A stretch of 64,000 nucleotides of DNA from Marsupella aquatica (Eukaryota; Plantae; Marchantiophyta). The notes beneath the pieces are model-generated. The model ran no database searches. It worked only from the letters and a program-made list of their open reading frames with translations, and was not told the origin of the DNA. The position numbers were made by a program, and so were the translations under genes. Below are positions 49,385 through 62,300 of the stretch, in pieces. Where the stretch lies: assembly GCA_973895155.1 (NCBI GenBank), contig OZ316891.1:23435899-23499898 (forward strand). The letters are read 5' to 3'. Position 1 is the stretch's first letter; every line of letters starts with the position of its first letter.

Positions 49385-51431
49385 ATGGCTACCGGTGAGG
49401 GGAGTGGAGGGCAAGGTGGTAGTGGTAGTGGTAGTGGCAATGGGGGAAATCCAGAGAAAGAGAAGAATGCCTGGGCAGACTTAGTGGCCCAACATCTCAG
49501 TGCTGCACAATTGGGAGAAGTGAATCTCAATTCTCCAGCAGGGCTTGCCTCTTTGAGTGCCATTCTTGGACAGGTTTTGCAAACTGGGATTGTAGCAGGA
49601 CAAGCTACTAGAGAGGGGGAGGAGAGGGCCGCAGCTGAAGAGAAGGCTAGAGAGAAAAAAAGGAAGAGAGAGGAAAGAACTAAGTCGGGAGTTGCCTCTC
49701 CTCAAGCCCTAGAGAAGCAGAAGAGAAGAGAGGAGAGAGATTCAATTCGAAAACAGAGGGAGGAGCAACGTCAGAAAGAGGAAGCAAGAAAAAAACTTCC
49801 ATTCATTGCCTTGGAGACGAGTGGGACTCCAACTGAGCTAGCATATGCAGGGGCTAAGAGCACAATCAAGCAAATTATCACAAGCAATTTCTCACGAGGC
49901 ATCCAGTGGGGGAAGATTGAGAAGGCAGAGCGAAAGAGGGTCATCAACCAAATCAAGGATGCATTTCGCAATGGGCCTGACATAGATGAGCAATGGTTGG
50001 CAGATAAGATTTCAAATTCTATGTCTCAAATGCGATACCATGACAGGATGAAGATTAGAGCCCACCTGAAAGACTTGAGATCATACAGGAACTTGCGCAG
50101 ACCCCTCCACTTCACCGAGGACATCTGGAATTCGTTTTACAAGATTGAGGTGCAAATTAAGGCAGCTCACGAGTTGGAAGAGTGGAAGGGCAATCTAGAT
50201 CGAGCCTTGAAAGCAAAGGAGGCCGGGAAGCTCCCCCCTGACCACGACCTGAAGCCACTTGAGCAGAAGGTAGCTGAGATGCAGAAGGTGGCCAACCAGG
50301 AGGGAAAGCCACCCAAGCGTTTCACAGATGCAGCCAAACGAGTGAAATCCACCCCCAATCCAGTCCACAAGTTGGGTCAAGGCGGGCTCCCCGGCCTCAA
50401 GTCACACTTTGTGAGTGCCTCTTGCTCCTCCCTAACCTCTCTATTCCTTTCAGAGTTGTGCAATGCAAGTGAATGACATCCCCGAAGGTTCTTGCTGTTG
50501 TGCATGCTTGCTTGGTTACTAGTTTAGGGCAACTCTGACACTTAGAATTTCTGGCAAATTTTTAAAAACTCTCGGGAACACAGTTTGCGAAGGTGTTGTG
50601 ATGCGTATTTGTTCGCAAACCCCTCGCAAAGTCTATCATAGACTTTTTCCATTTCAATTTTCCGATGCCTTTGCGAACAAATGCGCATCGCAAACTCCAT
50701 TGCAACGCCTTCGCAAAAAAAGGTGGTTCGCAAGTTGCTATGCTTATAGGTTCACAAATTTGAATTTTAAAATTTTTTTGGGTCATGTTTAGTAGTTGAG
50801 GATTTAGGCGTCACTTGTGGCTATAGGGTATGCTTAAGGGCAAATTTAACCAATTTTAATTGGTTTTATGCATGGCAGTATCGGAGGTACAAAAGGAAGA
50901 TATCAAAAAAGCATATTGAGGTGGCGATAGAGCATGGACGAAAGTACCTCTTTGCGATGGTAGATGCCGAGTTGGCTACTGTAAGTGTCTAAGTGTGAAC
51001 CATATGATTAGCATGCGAACATTGTGAGTGACCCTTTATGTCTTGCGGAAACTAATGATATGTAATGGATGCAGGATTCGGATGAGCCTGAGGGGTCGGG
51101 TGCTGATGTGACCAGTAGTGATGACGATGAGGGGGCTACTCCTGGTACTAGTGGTGCTCGGGGGGGGAGTAGTCGTGAGGTAGGTTCTTCCCACCGTGGT
51201 AGTGGTGGTAGTCATGTGTCATCAGCACACGTTGATGACCAGGGGGAGGAGGAGGACCCTGAGGATGAGGAGGAGGAACAGGAGGGGCAGGAGGAGCCAG
51301 AGGAGCAGCAGGAGCAGGAGCAGGAGCGCCGACGGCCATCACACACCCGTCACCAACAGGATCCCCGGAAGGATAAGGGCAAGAAGCCAGCCAAGAATCC
51401 AACCAAGAGGAGCCGCAAGAGCCCATTCTAG
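49385..51431 (+). CDS. CACTA second gene (TnpA/Ptta-like); 3 exons 49385-50410, 50879-50980, 51075-51431
   Basis: Phase-0 GT-AG introns. HKLGQGG motif reminiscent of Transposase_24. Acidic tail; frame open after splicing. Confidence 0.7.
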
Positions 51432-52220
51432 TTATTTTGTAGAGATACATGCATGAGAGTGACTTGTCATGCCGGAGCTTAGGGTAGGAAGAGGCAGCAT
51501 AGGTTTAGAAGGGCGGACCTAGCATCAGATATTTCCCCCCTCTTGTCCATGTATAGGGTTCTTTGAAGCCCTATCATTTTGTTCATGCTTTTCCATTTTA
51601 TAAAACAACAATTTTGCCTTCCACATTGGGTTCCAAGGAAAACCCCTCGCAAATAATGTATTGAATCCTGTGTGATCATAATTTTGCGAACCCTTTAAGA
51701 AATCATTCCCATCGCACAATATTAACCCCAAGGCGTCGCACTTTTTGAGTCAATTAACTTCAGAACTTCAGATCCAAATATGTCGGGTTTTTTGTGATAC
51801 TTCTAGGATCGCACTTTCCTAATCGCAACCGTTCACAAACTTCTGAAATCACCGGTATCGCTCTTTGTCATACAATCCCCATCAAAACAATTGAACCAGT
51901 ATCAATCGCAAATATGATGCGATGGTAAATCCGTCTCAAATATTGATGCCCGCACGGGACGTGTGCGTGTATGTTTGCGAACCTTATGCGACGTATAATG
52001 GATCGCAGAAGTATTGAATATTGTGAACCTCTCAGCTTCTCAGTTTGCCATGATGTTGCGATGCCGTTGCGATGGTCCGCGTGCGAAGTTATTAGGTTCG
52101 CAAAGTGCGAAGGGGGTGCGATGCGCGTATGTTCGCAATAGCCAGAATTATGAAAATCAGGGGCTTGTTAGTTGCGATGAGATTGTCTTCGCAAAACCGG
52201 CCGATAGTGTTGTAGTGATG

Positions 52221-53730
52221 ACCTGGCTAAAGATGTGCTAGAATCTAGAGTCTTGGCAACCGTAGGTCAACTATTGAAAAATAGCCCATACTTCCAGAAG
52301 CAGTTAAGGAAGGTGATTCTCGACAAGCTGAGATTACCCAAGGTAGCAACCAAATCCGGTGTGTTGATGATAGAAGAAGATCAAGGTGCCCCAGCATTAC
52401 CATTAATGATTCAAGGAGAAATATTATTGCAAGTACCCATTGATGGAGGATCCGGGGTATGTATTATGATTGATTCAACAGCAAAAGGATGGGGTCTAAC
52501 GCCAGAGATGACTGGAAGAGTGTTAAACATGGCCAATGGGTATCAAGTCATTCCCACAGGAGTGTTAACCGACATCAAAATGGAGATAGGAGATATATTC
52601 TTTAGCATTAACTATGTAGTAATGAAGCCAGTAAACCCTACATTGTTCCGGCTTTTAATTGGCAGGCCATGGCTGTACCTAGCCAAAGTAATAGAGGATT
52701 GGGGTAAGAAGGAGTTCACCTTTGGGGCCCCATCTATCACGATATCCTGGGACACCAAGGATGACCGCAGGAAAAGCATCAGGGAGATAGATGGGTACGA
52801 CAGTGGACTGGAATCCGCCGATGAGGTACGTTGGCTAGAATGCCTCACTGACCTAACCGAAGAAAGTGTCTTTGGACCAGAGGTACCCCCCAGCGGATTA
52901 TGGCAAGAACCTATGGAAGGTGACTTAGAGGAAGGTGAAGAAGAGGTCGAGGACTGCTTTACCATAGAATCCACCTTTTTAGCTTCAATCTCGAAGGAAG
53001 CACCAAAGGTGAACCAGTTGGGTGAAACGGTTAAGTGGGGAGCTACAGCAGGGACCGTGGATTTTCCTCAGGCATTGTGGCAGAGCCGACAGGATCCACA
53101 ACGCCATCTATCCCCAGCAACAAATTAAATACAAGGGGATCATCTTACAAGCCAATCTCAAGGGCAGAGCAAATTGAGGCCCTACTAGAAGCCGGAAGAG
53201 CACGACGGCCTGACCCTCAGGAAGCAGGAATAGATGACATGTACGGGAAGAATCCAAAACCGAGTCAGGAAGGGAAGCCGACAACTAAATCAAAACCGAG
53301 CAGAACGGCAAGGGAATAGTCTGTGAGAACCAGGGAGAAATTAAGTCAACAAACTCGGCTAGTACTGCCGAGATTCCAGTCTATGGAGGTATGAGACTGG
53401 AAAGGCTGGAAGCCGAGCTGGACCCAAATTTGAAGAAGCAGATTAATATGATCCAAGCACGGCAATATCGGAAGCTCGACTTAGGAGAAGGAAGGGAACT
53501 GAACTTAGGGAGGGACCTAATACCTGAGCTCGAGAAGGAGATCAATGAATTACTAATTGAATTTCAGGATGTGTTTGCATGGAGTCACCAAGATCTGAAG
53601 GGAGTAGACCCAAAACTAGGAGAACACTGAATCGATCTCATGTTAGGGGCCAAATCATTTTGACAACCGATTTGACGGATGAACCCTAAGTATTCCCTGA
53701 TGGTCAAAACTAAAATCGACAAATCGCTCA
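52221..53730 (+). pseudogene. Gypsy protease and start of RT, then deletion of RT/RH/INT
   Basis: VPIDGGSG, LLIGRPWL, EFQDVFAWSHQDLKGVDPK and RMNPKYSLMVK. Confidence 0.9.
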
Positions 53731-53739
53731 GTCTGACAA

Positions 53740-54700
53740 TCAGATTATCAAAGATAAACTGACTCGGACCCAGGGAGAGTTGGCCGACGCAGTCAAGGAA
53801 AGAGAGAAATGGAAGCGGGAGCTAAGGGATGCAGAGGAGGCCCACTTAGCAACCAACAATTGGGCCATGACGGAGAACCAGAGAAGGGAGAGGGCGTTGA
53901 AAGGAGAGCTCAAAGATATCCGCGGAGCCCTTGAGCAAAAGGAAGCAGAGTTAGGGAAATCCTATCAAGGGATTATTGCGCTGTAGCAGGAGCTTGCGTC
54001 CCTGACGACCAGCTTCAAGGCCGACCTGCGTGAAAAGGAGGACCAGCTCGACCAGACTTATGCCAAGATGAATAAAATGGAGTCTGTGGTCGTAGTAGAG
54101 CTCGACAAGGAGCTAAGAGCAACCCAGGAGGAGAGGGCTACCTTAAGGAGGGAATTGGAGGAAGCCAATAAGGAGCTGGAGGAGGCGTGAAAGGACCTGG
54201 ACGAGACCCAGGAGGAGTTGGAGGAAATCACGAGAAAGATGGAGAACCTACAATGGCGGGCCGACAACCAAACGGAGCGGCTGAAGACACAAGCCGCAGT
54301 ATTTAAATGCTTGGCTTCATCAGGTCCAACTCCAATTGGGGGAACCCAGTTACCAGGGGTAGTATTGGCCGTAGGACAAGCCAAAACACTCACCCCGGTG
54401 CCGAAGGTAGGTGGCAAGGGGAAGGAACTGGCTGTCAAAATAGGGAAGAAGAAGAAGCGGAAACCTTCTAGGTCTGGGAGTTATACGGCTTCTCAAGCCG
54501 AGGGGACCGAGAGGATAAACCCGACACCGATCTCCAGCATCTGCACGGCGGTGGATCCACCAGTCCTAGGAAGTGGAGATGGACCGGATCCTCCGCTAGG
54601 GCGCGCATGCCGGAGCCGTATCAGAGGCTGGAGCCGTATCGGAGGCCGGAACCGATGATGAAGCCGAAGCCGGGGGTGGACCTAGTCAGGCCAATGAAGA
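53740..54700 (+). pseudogene. Coiled-coil accessory ORF remnant in the gypsy 3' LTR region
   Basis: Heptad-rich frame with stops. Part of it (54030-54085) is duplicated in the 5' LTR remnant at 34627-34685. Confidence 0.65.
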
Positions 54701-56789
54701 GTTGACTCGGTCAAGGGCAGGTAATCTGTCAGTGGACGGACCAACGGTAGTGGCTGCGGAGGAAACGTTGGGGGCGTCCATTGAGAACCAGCCACCGGTG
54801 TCGTGACGGTGTAAAGGCGCCGTCCCTTTTAGGGAGGGCAGACGTGGAGGTAGGAGGCGTGAGTGGGTAGGGCGGGCGCTGATCTCCAAGTTTAGATTTA
54901 GGATCAAGACCAGGAGACGGCCCTGACACTTAGATTAGTGGGATTTTGGATCCGCGGTTGAGGGTGACACTTGTGCTCCTGCCTCGCTGTACATAGGTAG
55001 ATTACAGTTAGGTAGATTACAGTGGATAGATTAGGCTTACGCTGCAAGGAATCAGGCGGATCCACAACCAGGATAAGTACCTGGGCTGCAGGGAGTTCAG
55101 GGCCTCTTCTTTAGCAAGTTTTTAGTTGCACCAGCAGGGCTGGGATCAAGTAGTAAGAGAAGCTCTCGGTTAGTTATACAATGACCTTGTGTATATCCAT
55201 GTTTTCTCATACTTAAGAACTGAATAGAGTTGGCCTCACGGCTTAGTTCGCAGAGCTTGTGTATGAGATGTACTGTTTGTATTGCAAGTGCAGGGTATAA
55301 CTCAGTCAGAAGGAGTCATTTTGCTATTTGTGTGTCGCATTAACTTGTGTGAAGAGTGCCCACATCAACGAAAGAAGGGAAGTAAGCAAGGGAGTGAGAG
55401 TTGGATGTGTCGAGTGTGGTAAAATGTATCTTATTAACTCAGATTCGTTCCCGTAGGGAATAGAGGAAATTGATTTACGATAGTATTAATGTTTTTGAGA
55501 CCTCAAAGGATTTCTATCTTATCATACTTGCTATAAAACATATAATATATTTATGTTTAATCGTCTTGGTATGGAATCTCTCTGATTATCGTTCTCTCTC
55601 CATAGAAGTTTGATTTTCATTTCATTCCTAAATTCCATATACTCCTTAGAGATTGGTTTTACATTAGGAATGTCATTACAATTCTCTAAACTCTAGATTT
55701 CAGAATTTACTCAGATTTTCCATGCAAAACTCAAGAAACATTTTCTTAAAAGATGTTCACTCATTCCAAAGTTTACGAGAAGATAACGAGGAATTCATGA
55801 ACAATAGTGGAATTTTAGTGGTGGTGCATTTTCCAATTCATCGATTCTCCCTCCTACGCCCAATTTGGCACAAGGAAAAGACCCACATTGGTCACAAATC
55901 GCTTCCAAAGAAAATGACAAGGAATTTCTTCCTGGGAGTTCAATTGTAATACTCCCTCACAGATCAAAGAGATCTGAAAAGGTTACCTAACTACCTAAAA
56001 ACTAACTATTGATTGAAAATCTGAAGAGGTGAGTAGTTCTAACTACTTTCCTAAGCTAAGATTCCTAATGATGGCTAAACTAGTTTAACTAAGCTTAATT
56101 CTATCTAATGAGCTCGGTTTAGGAAAAAGGGAGAGGGAAAACGGTTTAAGAGAAGTTGAATCAAAATCCAACTTAAAAACGCCTGAACAATTCTTCCGAT
56201 GTAAAGCAATTGTCGATTAAAAAGGATCCTTCAATGTGAAAGCAGTTTTAGAGCTTCAACTCCTTCATCTTCTTTAAATAACTTCATTTGTCGCTTAAAA
56301 GGTTTCAAAAGTTTTGGAAAATGTAGATTGAATACTCCTTTAGAACACTTCCTCAGAAAAGGCTTTCCACAGAATCCCCTCCTCAAATGTGAAGCGACCT
56401 CGCGAACAATAAATCTTAAAAAAGTAGCAAGTAAAATTGGTAAAGAGGATATCATTTCTTACTGAAAGAAACAAGGAGTGAGTCCATGGAATTTTGGGGA
56501 CTGCAGGTTCGGTTCTGAGCTTGGTGTGGGGTGTAAAACAAATGAACTGGGAGGTGTAGTTCAGCAAATTGGATCAAGTTGAGTAAATTCGGAGTGAAAA
56601 ATACAAAGGAAAGAAACATAGGGAATTTGTGGTAAAGAGAATGAAGTGCAAATGAACCGTCACCAATGTACAAAGTAGTGATATGCTGGGAGATATTCGC
56701 TTTAGAAAAGCTCAAAATGAGATCTTTCTCATCACCATCCGAGAAGATCATTACATTCAAGGAAAATGCTCGTACTTCCACTAACTGTG

Positions 56790-57352
56790 GAGATAAGTAA
56801 TCTCATCAGTTATCAGTCACTTTCATCAGTGTACCTGATATCAGCTGCCACCTCATCTTAGAGAGGTCACCAAGTTGCGATGTGAAAAAGAAAAAAATGA
56901 AGAAAAAAAAAAATCTTGAAATTTTCTTCAAAATTTGAAGGAAAACTTCTTTTTTTCCAAAAAAAATTCGCCATGAGGCATCCGTACCGTACGGACACCT
57001 ATCTCGGCGAGCCCAGCCGAGATGGGAAAAAAATTCCAAAATTTTTTTTTTCAAATTTTTTATTGGGGAAAATTTTTGGTTTTTTTTTTACCACATTTTT
57101 TTTCGATCCGTACGCCCATCTCGGTGAGGCCAGCTGAGATGGGGAAAAAATTTTCAAATTTTTTTTTTCGGGAAATTTTTATGTTTTTTTTTTTTGATTT
57201 TTTTTCGGTCGTACGCCCATCTTGGCGAGGTCAGCCGAGATTGAATCAACCTTGGCTGCCCAGCTGAGATGAACGGAAGTTCGAAAGCCCCATCTCAACT
57301 CCTCAACTGAGATTCTAAAATTTTTGAGATAACTGATGATGTTGTATACCCC
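56790..57352. mobile_element. Mutator-like MITE (563 bp) related to the large MULE and filled with the ATCTCGGC-N7-GCCGAGAT palindrome
   Basis: 9-bp TSD CTAACTGTG / CTAACTGCG. Left end CATCAGTTATCAGTCACTTTCATCAGT matches the reverse complement of 22885-22925. Palindromes at 57001, 57118 and 57219. Confidence 0.85.
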
Positions 57353-57383
57353 CTAACTGCGCTGGAAACTCAAAAGCTGCCTC

Positions 57384-59267
57384 CTAGTGCTTGCGCTTCA
57401 GTTTCTTCTTCTTTGGAAGGCGAGTTTGGGTCACTGCTTCAGACTCAGTATCTGATTCAACTACGTCAACTTCCACCTGTAAATTAGCCTGTGCTACTAA
57501 ATCTGTGGTGGGAGCAGTCATGGATCGTAATAGGGCAGTGTTGGAAAAATCATCATAGACATTAGAAAGTGGTGACTGCTGTTTAGGGGTAGGAACTAGA
57601 AGACAAGCGGCCTCAATTGCAGAAATTGTCTGGCGCTGATCAGTAGAAACTGTGTGGGAAGCAAGATCTTCTAATGTCGTGATTAGGGTTGGACCCACAC
57701 TCGATTTTCGATCAGCATCCTTCTCACAGGGAGCAATCACTTCAACGATAGTCATTTTGTCCTCCTTCGAGCCATGAGTTACTTCTTCTGGCAGGTCGGC
57801 TGAAGTTCCCTGGTCAGGTGTAAAAGCTGAACAGAATTCCAAATGATTTTCAGTATACGTTTGCAAATCTCCAATCAATTTCAAAATCGATTCATACTTC
57901 CTGTCCAACAAATTCTTCTGGTTGGTAATTGCCAAAGCAATTTTTGTCAAATTCTTGCTGTCATTTTTCCATCCTTCAGACGTCAACGCAGCAAGCTGAA
58001 GAGTATCAGTAACAGAGAGAGCCATTCCAGTTGTGGCAGTGGAGAGGGTCTGAACCGATTGCTGAATTGCTGGTAAAACTGAGCCATGGAGCAACTCCTT
58101 CAATCGTTTCTCAAGCTCACGTTTCTCCAATCTCCACTGTTTCCTTTCTTGATCGATTTGCGTAGAGGAGTACAAGTCTTCGATCTTAGCAAATAAAGCA
58201 TCTCCTGAACAAGAAAACTTAGCGTGTAGTTGATTAATCAAACCAGCATTGATAGAATTAGCTCTGCAGAAATCATCCACAGTGCTGCGTAGTCATTTTT
58301 CCAAGGGACACAAAGGATCATCCAAATCCACCTGAATAACAGAGGTTTCTTGAGGTTTCTTGATTGATGTTGAACCACGTGGTCGACCCCTCAACACTCG
58401 CACAGGGGATGCCTGAACCTCAGTTTTGACAGGCATCTCGACAACGTCATCCTCGTCTGTCTCACTGTCTTCATCTTTGGAGGATGGGTCTTCAATAAGG
58501 GCTCTATTCGCTTCTGCTTCTTCATAGGACTGTAACTCTGCTGTCGAAAGCTTCTTCTCAAACTTGTACAAGTGGAACAACATGGGCGCCACAAACAAAT
58601 CGATTCCGTTCTTCACTTTCTTGCACCTCAGCTGAAATGAATCTAAAAGCACGCAAGCCCAATTGATTGGTTTACCTTTAACGTAGGCGGTGACAATCAT
58701 GGCAGCCAACATGCCTGCAATACATCTGGGCTTATCGGGTGTCAAGATCGGTACAATGAAGCGGAGGATTGCTCGAAGTGCTGGATCCTTTGCTGAGTTT
58801 GGGGTATAGCCTTCCTTCGCAAACTCAACAGAGAATTGATCCTCGCAAATGTCATGGAACAATCGGGAGGAAGTGAAATCTTCTGCAATCAGGCCTACCA
58901 AAGAAACGCCATAGCAATCCGCCATCGTCTGCTCAGTAATCGCCATGTAATCCGATCGGGCAGTCACGTTCTTCCCACGTTTATTCCGCAGGCGTATTTC
59001 GTCCACCATCTTCACATTGTTGATCACCCAGAGGAAGTCAGCCAATGAATCGATGCCCACCTTCTTGTAATTCTCGCGATTGCTGGCTATCTCGGATTCA
59101 GGAGGCATCACAATCGTCTTCTCCTTCACCATTGCTGCTCGAACTTCGCTTCCAATGGGCGCCTCGACTACACCAGACAGCCGATCTTGCTCTTGGCCTT
59201 CTTCTGACCTGCGCGCGCAATGTTCAGGCCCGATTGCTCTTCGCACTCTACTTCTTGCGATTGCCAA
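57384..59267 (-). pseudogene. Plant-transposon-type accessory protein (~627 aa, one in-frame TGA at 58293) with coiled coil and NLS-like tail
   Basis: GIDSLADFLW..MVDEI, AITEQTMADCYG, EGY...DPALRAILRFIVPIL.P.KP, INWA and APMLFHLY. ORFs 58293-59267 and 57384-58280 are in frame. Confidence 0.75.
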
Positions 59268-59372
59268 TCTTCTTTCAAGAATGATTTGTTAATAGCCGGT
59301 ATGAAGTATTTGTTTGGCCTCTATGTATGTGCTTCAGTACACGTATTTCTCCATGCCGCCAAATCAAACCGT

Positions 59373-62300
59373 TGTCATAAACCATAGTTTACTTTAACCC
59401 TAGACTAGAGTAGGTTAACCTTAACCCAATATGTTAACCTCTTAGGACTATATAAGTCCTTGATATAATGGAAGTGTGTGGAAGATTACAATTATCTACT
59501 TTGTTTACAACACGTTATTAGCACGACTGGCTCAATGATTTTTTTTCCTAGGCTGCCCCAACAGACATATTGAGAGATCATAGTTTTTACATAGAAAATT
59601 ACCAAGAATGTTGCATTTTTGGCACCGGAATCCTATGTAACCGCCTAACTACCCCAAAATTGAGTACAATCCCACCTAAAAAGTGATGCTAGTTTACGCA
59701 AAAATTGAGCCCGGACATCAGATTGCTATGAGGAAGGCATCCATTAGCAATCTCAATCTTCATTGCCGTAAGGACGGATTTGTCTAATTTTTTTGTTCCA
59801 TCCAACTTATTTCATCAAGGAATCCAATGCAGGATTTGGGAATGGCCGTTATGCCAAATTAGAAACAACAATGCTACGGTGAAATCCCAAAATTGGACTT
59901 ATAGGTGCTTCGAACCAGCACCTATAACTCCCCGAAGCATATATTTACCAATTGGATAGACCCAAGTATTATATATATACACCACCACACCGAGCATTAC
60001 AATCCCGAGTACAAGCGCAAGAAATATGGCAACATTGGAGAAATTGCATTTTCAGGCCCTTTCAGTAGACGGCAGCAACTACCTAACGTGGTCAGTAGAT
60101 GCAGAAACATATTTTGCATCACTGGAACTGGAAGATACTTTGATAACTGATAATAATCTGACACTACAACAGAAGGCTAAGGCCGTTTTCTTATTACGCC
60201 AGCATTTGGCTCCTCCACTCAAAACCCAATATATGAACGAGGTCAACCCACGCCTACTATGGGATAAATTAAAATCAAGATTTGACCATATGCGCGAAGT
60301 CTGGCTCCCAGAAGCCCGCCGTGATTGGTATAACCTGCGAGTGATGGACTACACATCAATAGCCAGCTACAACAACGCATTATTTAGAATCACATCCCAA
60401 TTGGAGTTGTGTGGCCATCCGGTCCCTGATGTAGATATGATCGACAAAACACTAAGCACATTCCCAGAAGCAAATATAGCCCTCGGTACACAGTACAGAA
60501 ATATGAGATTTACAGTCTACTCAGACCTCATTGCACATTTACTGGTAGAAGAGAAGCAGCAGACCGTTGCCCTGCAGAACGCTAGAAAACGACCTGCAAG
60601 ATCAGCCCCACCACCACAAAAACCAGAAACAAATTATAATATGAGAAACCAAAGGGGACGAGGCAGATCAAGAGGCAGAGGCGGATATCAAGACAGAAGC
60701 AGGAATCAAAATCCCAGAGGCCGAGGAAACCGTTTTTCATACAACTCACGGGGTCGAGGAGCAAGCGGCCGAGACAGCAGACGAAACATACCACCTGATA
60801 ACATCAGAGAAGATAGGCTGTGTTACCGGTGTGGTAAAATAGGACACATAAAGAAGAACTGCTGGGCATCAGACCAAGTAGCTAAACGACATTCAGAAGC
60901 AAGGGCCCAATTAAAGCAAAATCCAGAAGGCAACTATATGGAGATGGAGGAAGACTTAGCTAACTATCAGGACCCGGAAGAAACACCTACACAACAACCT
61001 GAAGAACAGGAGACCCATATGGTAACACCAGCATCAATACACACCTCATTAGATGACCCCAACCTTGGGATAATTGACAGCGGAACATCACATACAATTC
61101 TTAAAGACAAGAAGTACTTCCACAGTATCACCCCATCTACACGATCAATGACCACAATTTCGGGTATAAACCAGATAGAAGAAGGTAAGGGAGCCGCAAT
61201 AGTGACATTCCCACAAGGAACAGTTATTGATATTGATGCAACAATCTTTGCCCCACGAGCTACTCGAAATTTGATAAGCTTTCGGGACGTAGTCGCTAAT
61301 AAATACCAACTGCGAACGGCAAAGACAGATGAAGAGGACACACTACAAATTTTGGAGATTACCAATGATGGAACCAATATTAAAGAGACATTACCACTCA
61401 TACCCCCCGGTCTCTATGCGACTCAAATTACTGTAAATTATTCTACAACTGAATCATCAGAAATAACACACCTATGGCACTACCGACTGGGACACCCAGG
61501 AGTAAATATGTACCGGAGAATTATCAAGGACTCCAGAGGAATCCCACAAGGAGTCAACCCATCCACAATGAAACAACAATGCTTAGCCTGTTCTCAGGGG
61601 AAGCTGATTACAAGACCACCAATACCGAAGACGATCCATGCTATCCCGAATTTTTTGGAACACCTGAACGCAGATGTATGTGGGCCAATACACCCACCCA
61701 GTGGACCGTTTAAGTACTTCCTGGCCATAATTGACTCATCGACTAAATGGTTACAAGTATCCCTCCTTTCTAGTCGAAACTTAGTCTTTGCACGAATCTT
61801 AGCCAATATATTAAAACTTAAAGCACAGTTCCCAGAAAATCCAATCCGGAAACTGAGAGTGGATGGAGCAGGGGAATTTACCTCCAAAGCATTCGATGAT
61901 TTCTGCTGGACGGCGGGAATTGACACAGAATACTCAGTTCCCTACGTCCATTTTCAAAACGGAATTGCCGAATCCGTTATAAAGCGTATCCAAATGATTA
62001 CTCGACCACTCCTACTGAACTCCAAGTTACCCCTCTCCGCATGGGGACATGCAGTCCTCCACGCCACCACATTGCTGAAGTACAGGCCCTCAGCGTTTAA
62101 TACCAAAACTCCACACCACTTAGCGTTCGGATTACCCCCTGACCTGTCACATCTGCGCATCTTTGGATGCAAAGTGATGGTCCCCATCCTTGGGCCAAAG
62201 CGCACTAAAATAGGACCTCAAAGACAGGAAGGCATCTACGTTGGCTACGACTCCTCATCCATAATCCGTTACCTGGAACCGACCACTGCAGACCTATTTA

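Larger units (their letters stand above)
38354..52217 (-). mobile_element. CACTA (En/Spm) DNA transposon, both ends present
   Basis: CACTACTACA...TGTTGTAGTG ends; 3-bp TSD ATG. Dense TCGCAA/TTGCGA subterminal repeats; Tnp2-type transposase. Confidence 0.97.
34627..55414 (+). mobile_element. Ty3/gypsy (Tat/Phygy-like) element: partial 5' LTR to 35334, PBS TGGCGCTAG, gag, PR, start of RT, large deletion, 3' LTR region; hosts 3 MITEs and a CACTA
   Basis: 34627-35025 matches 54030-54085 + 55070-55414. The frame is restored across the CACTA (IVPYDLAKDVLESR, versus IVFYDLAKDILESR in the inverted copy). Confidence 0.88.
55415..59372 (-). mobile_element. LTR-retrotransposon-derived insertion (terminus TGTGGT at 55415) carrying an accessory gene; other end not in the window
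   Basis: Homology to the 5' LTR copy stops at ...TGTGTCGAG|TGTGGT. Candidate TSD TCGAG; second copy not seen. Confidence 0.6.

Noticed and set aside
55415-56780. Short ORFs of 74-109 aa
   Set aside because: AT-rich LTR-like non-coding sequence with no domain signal.
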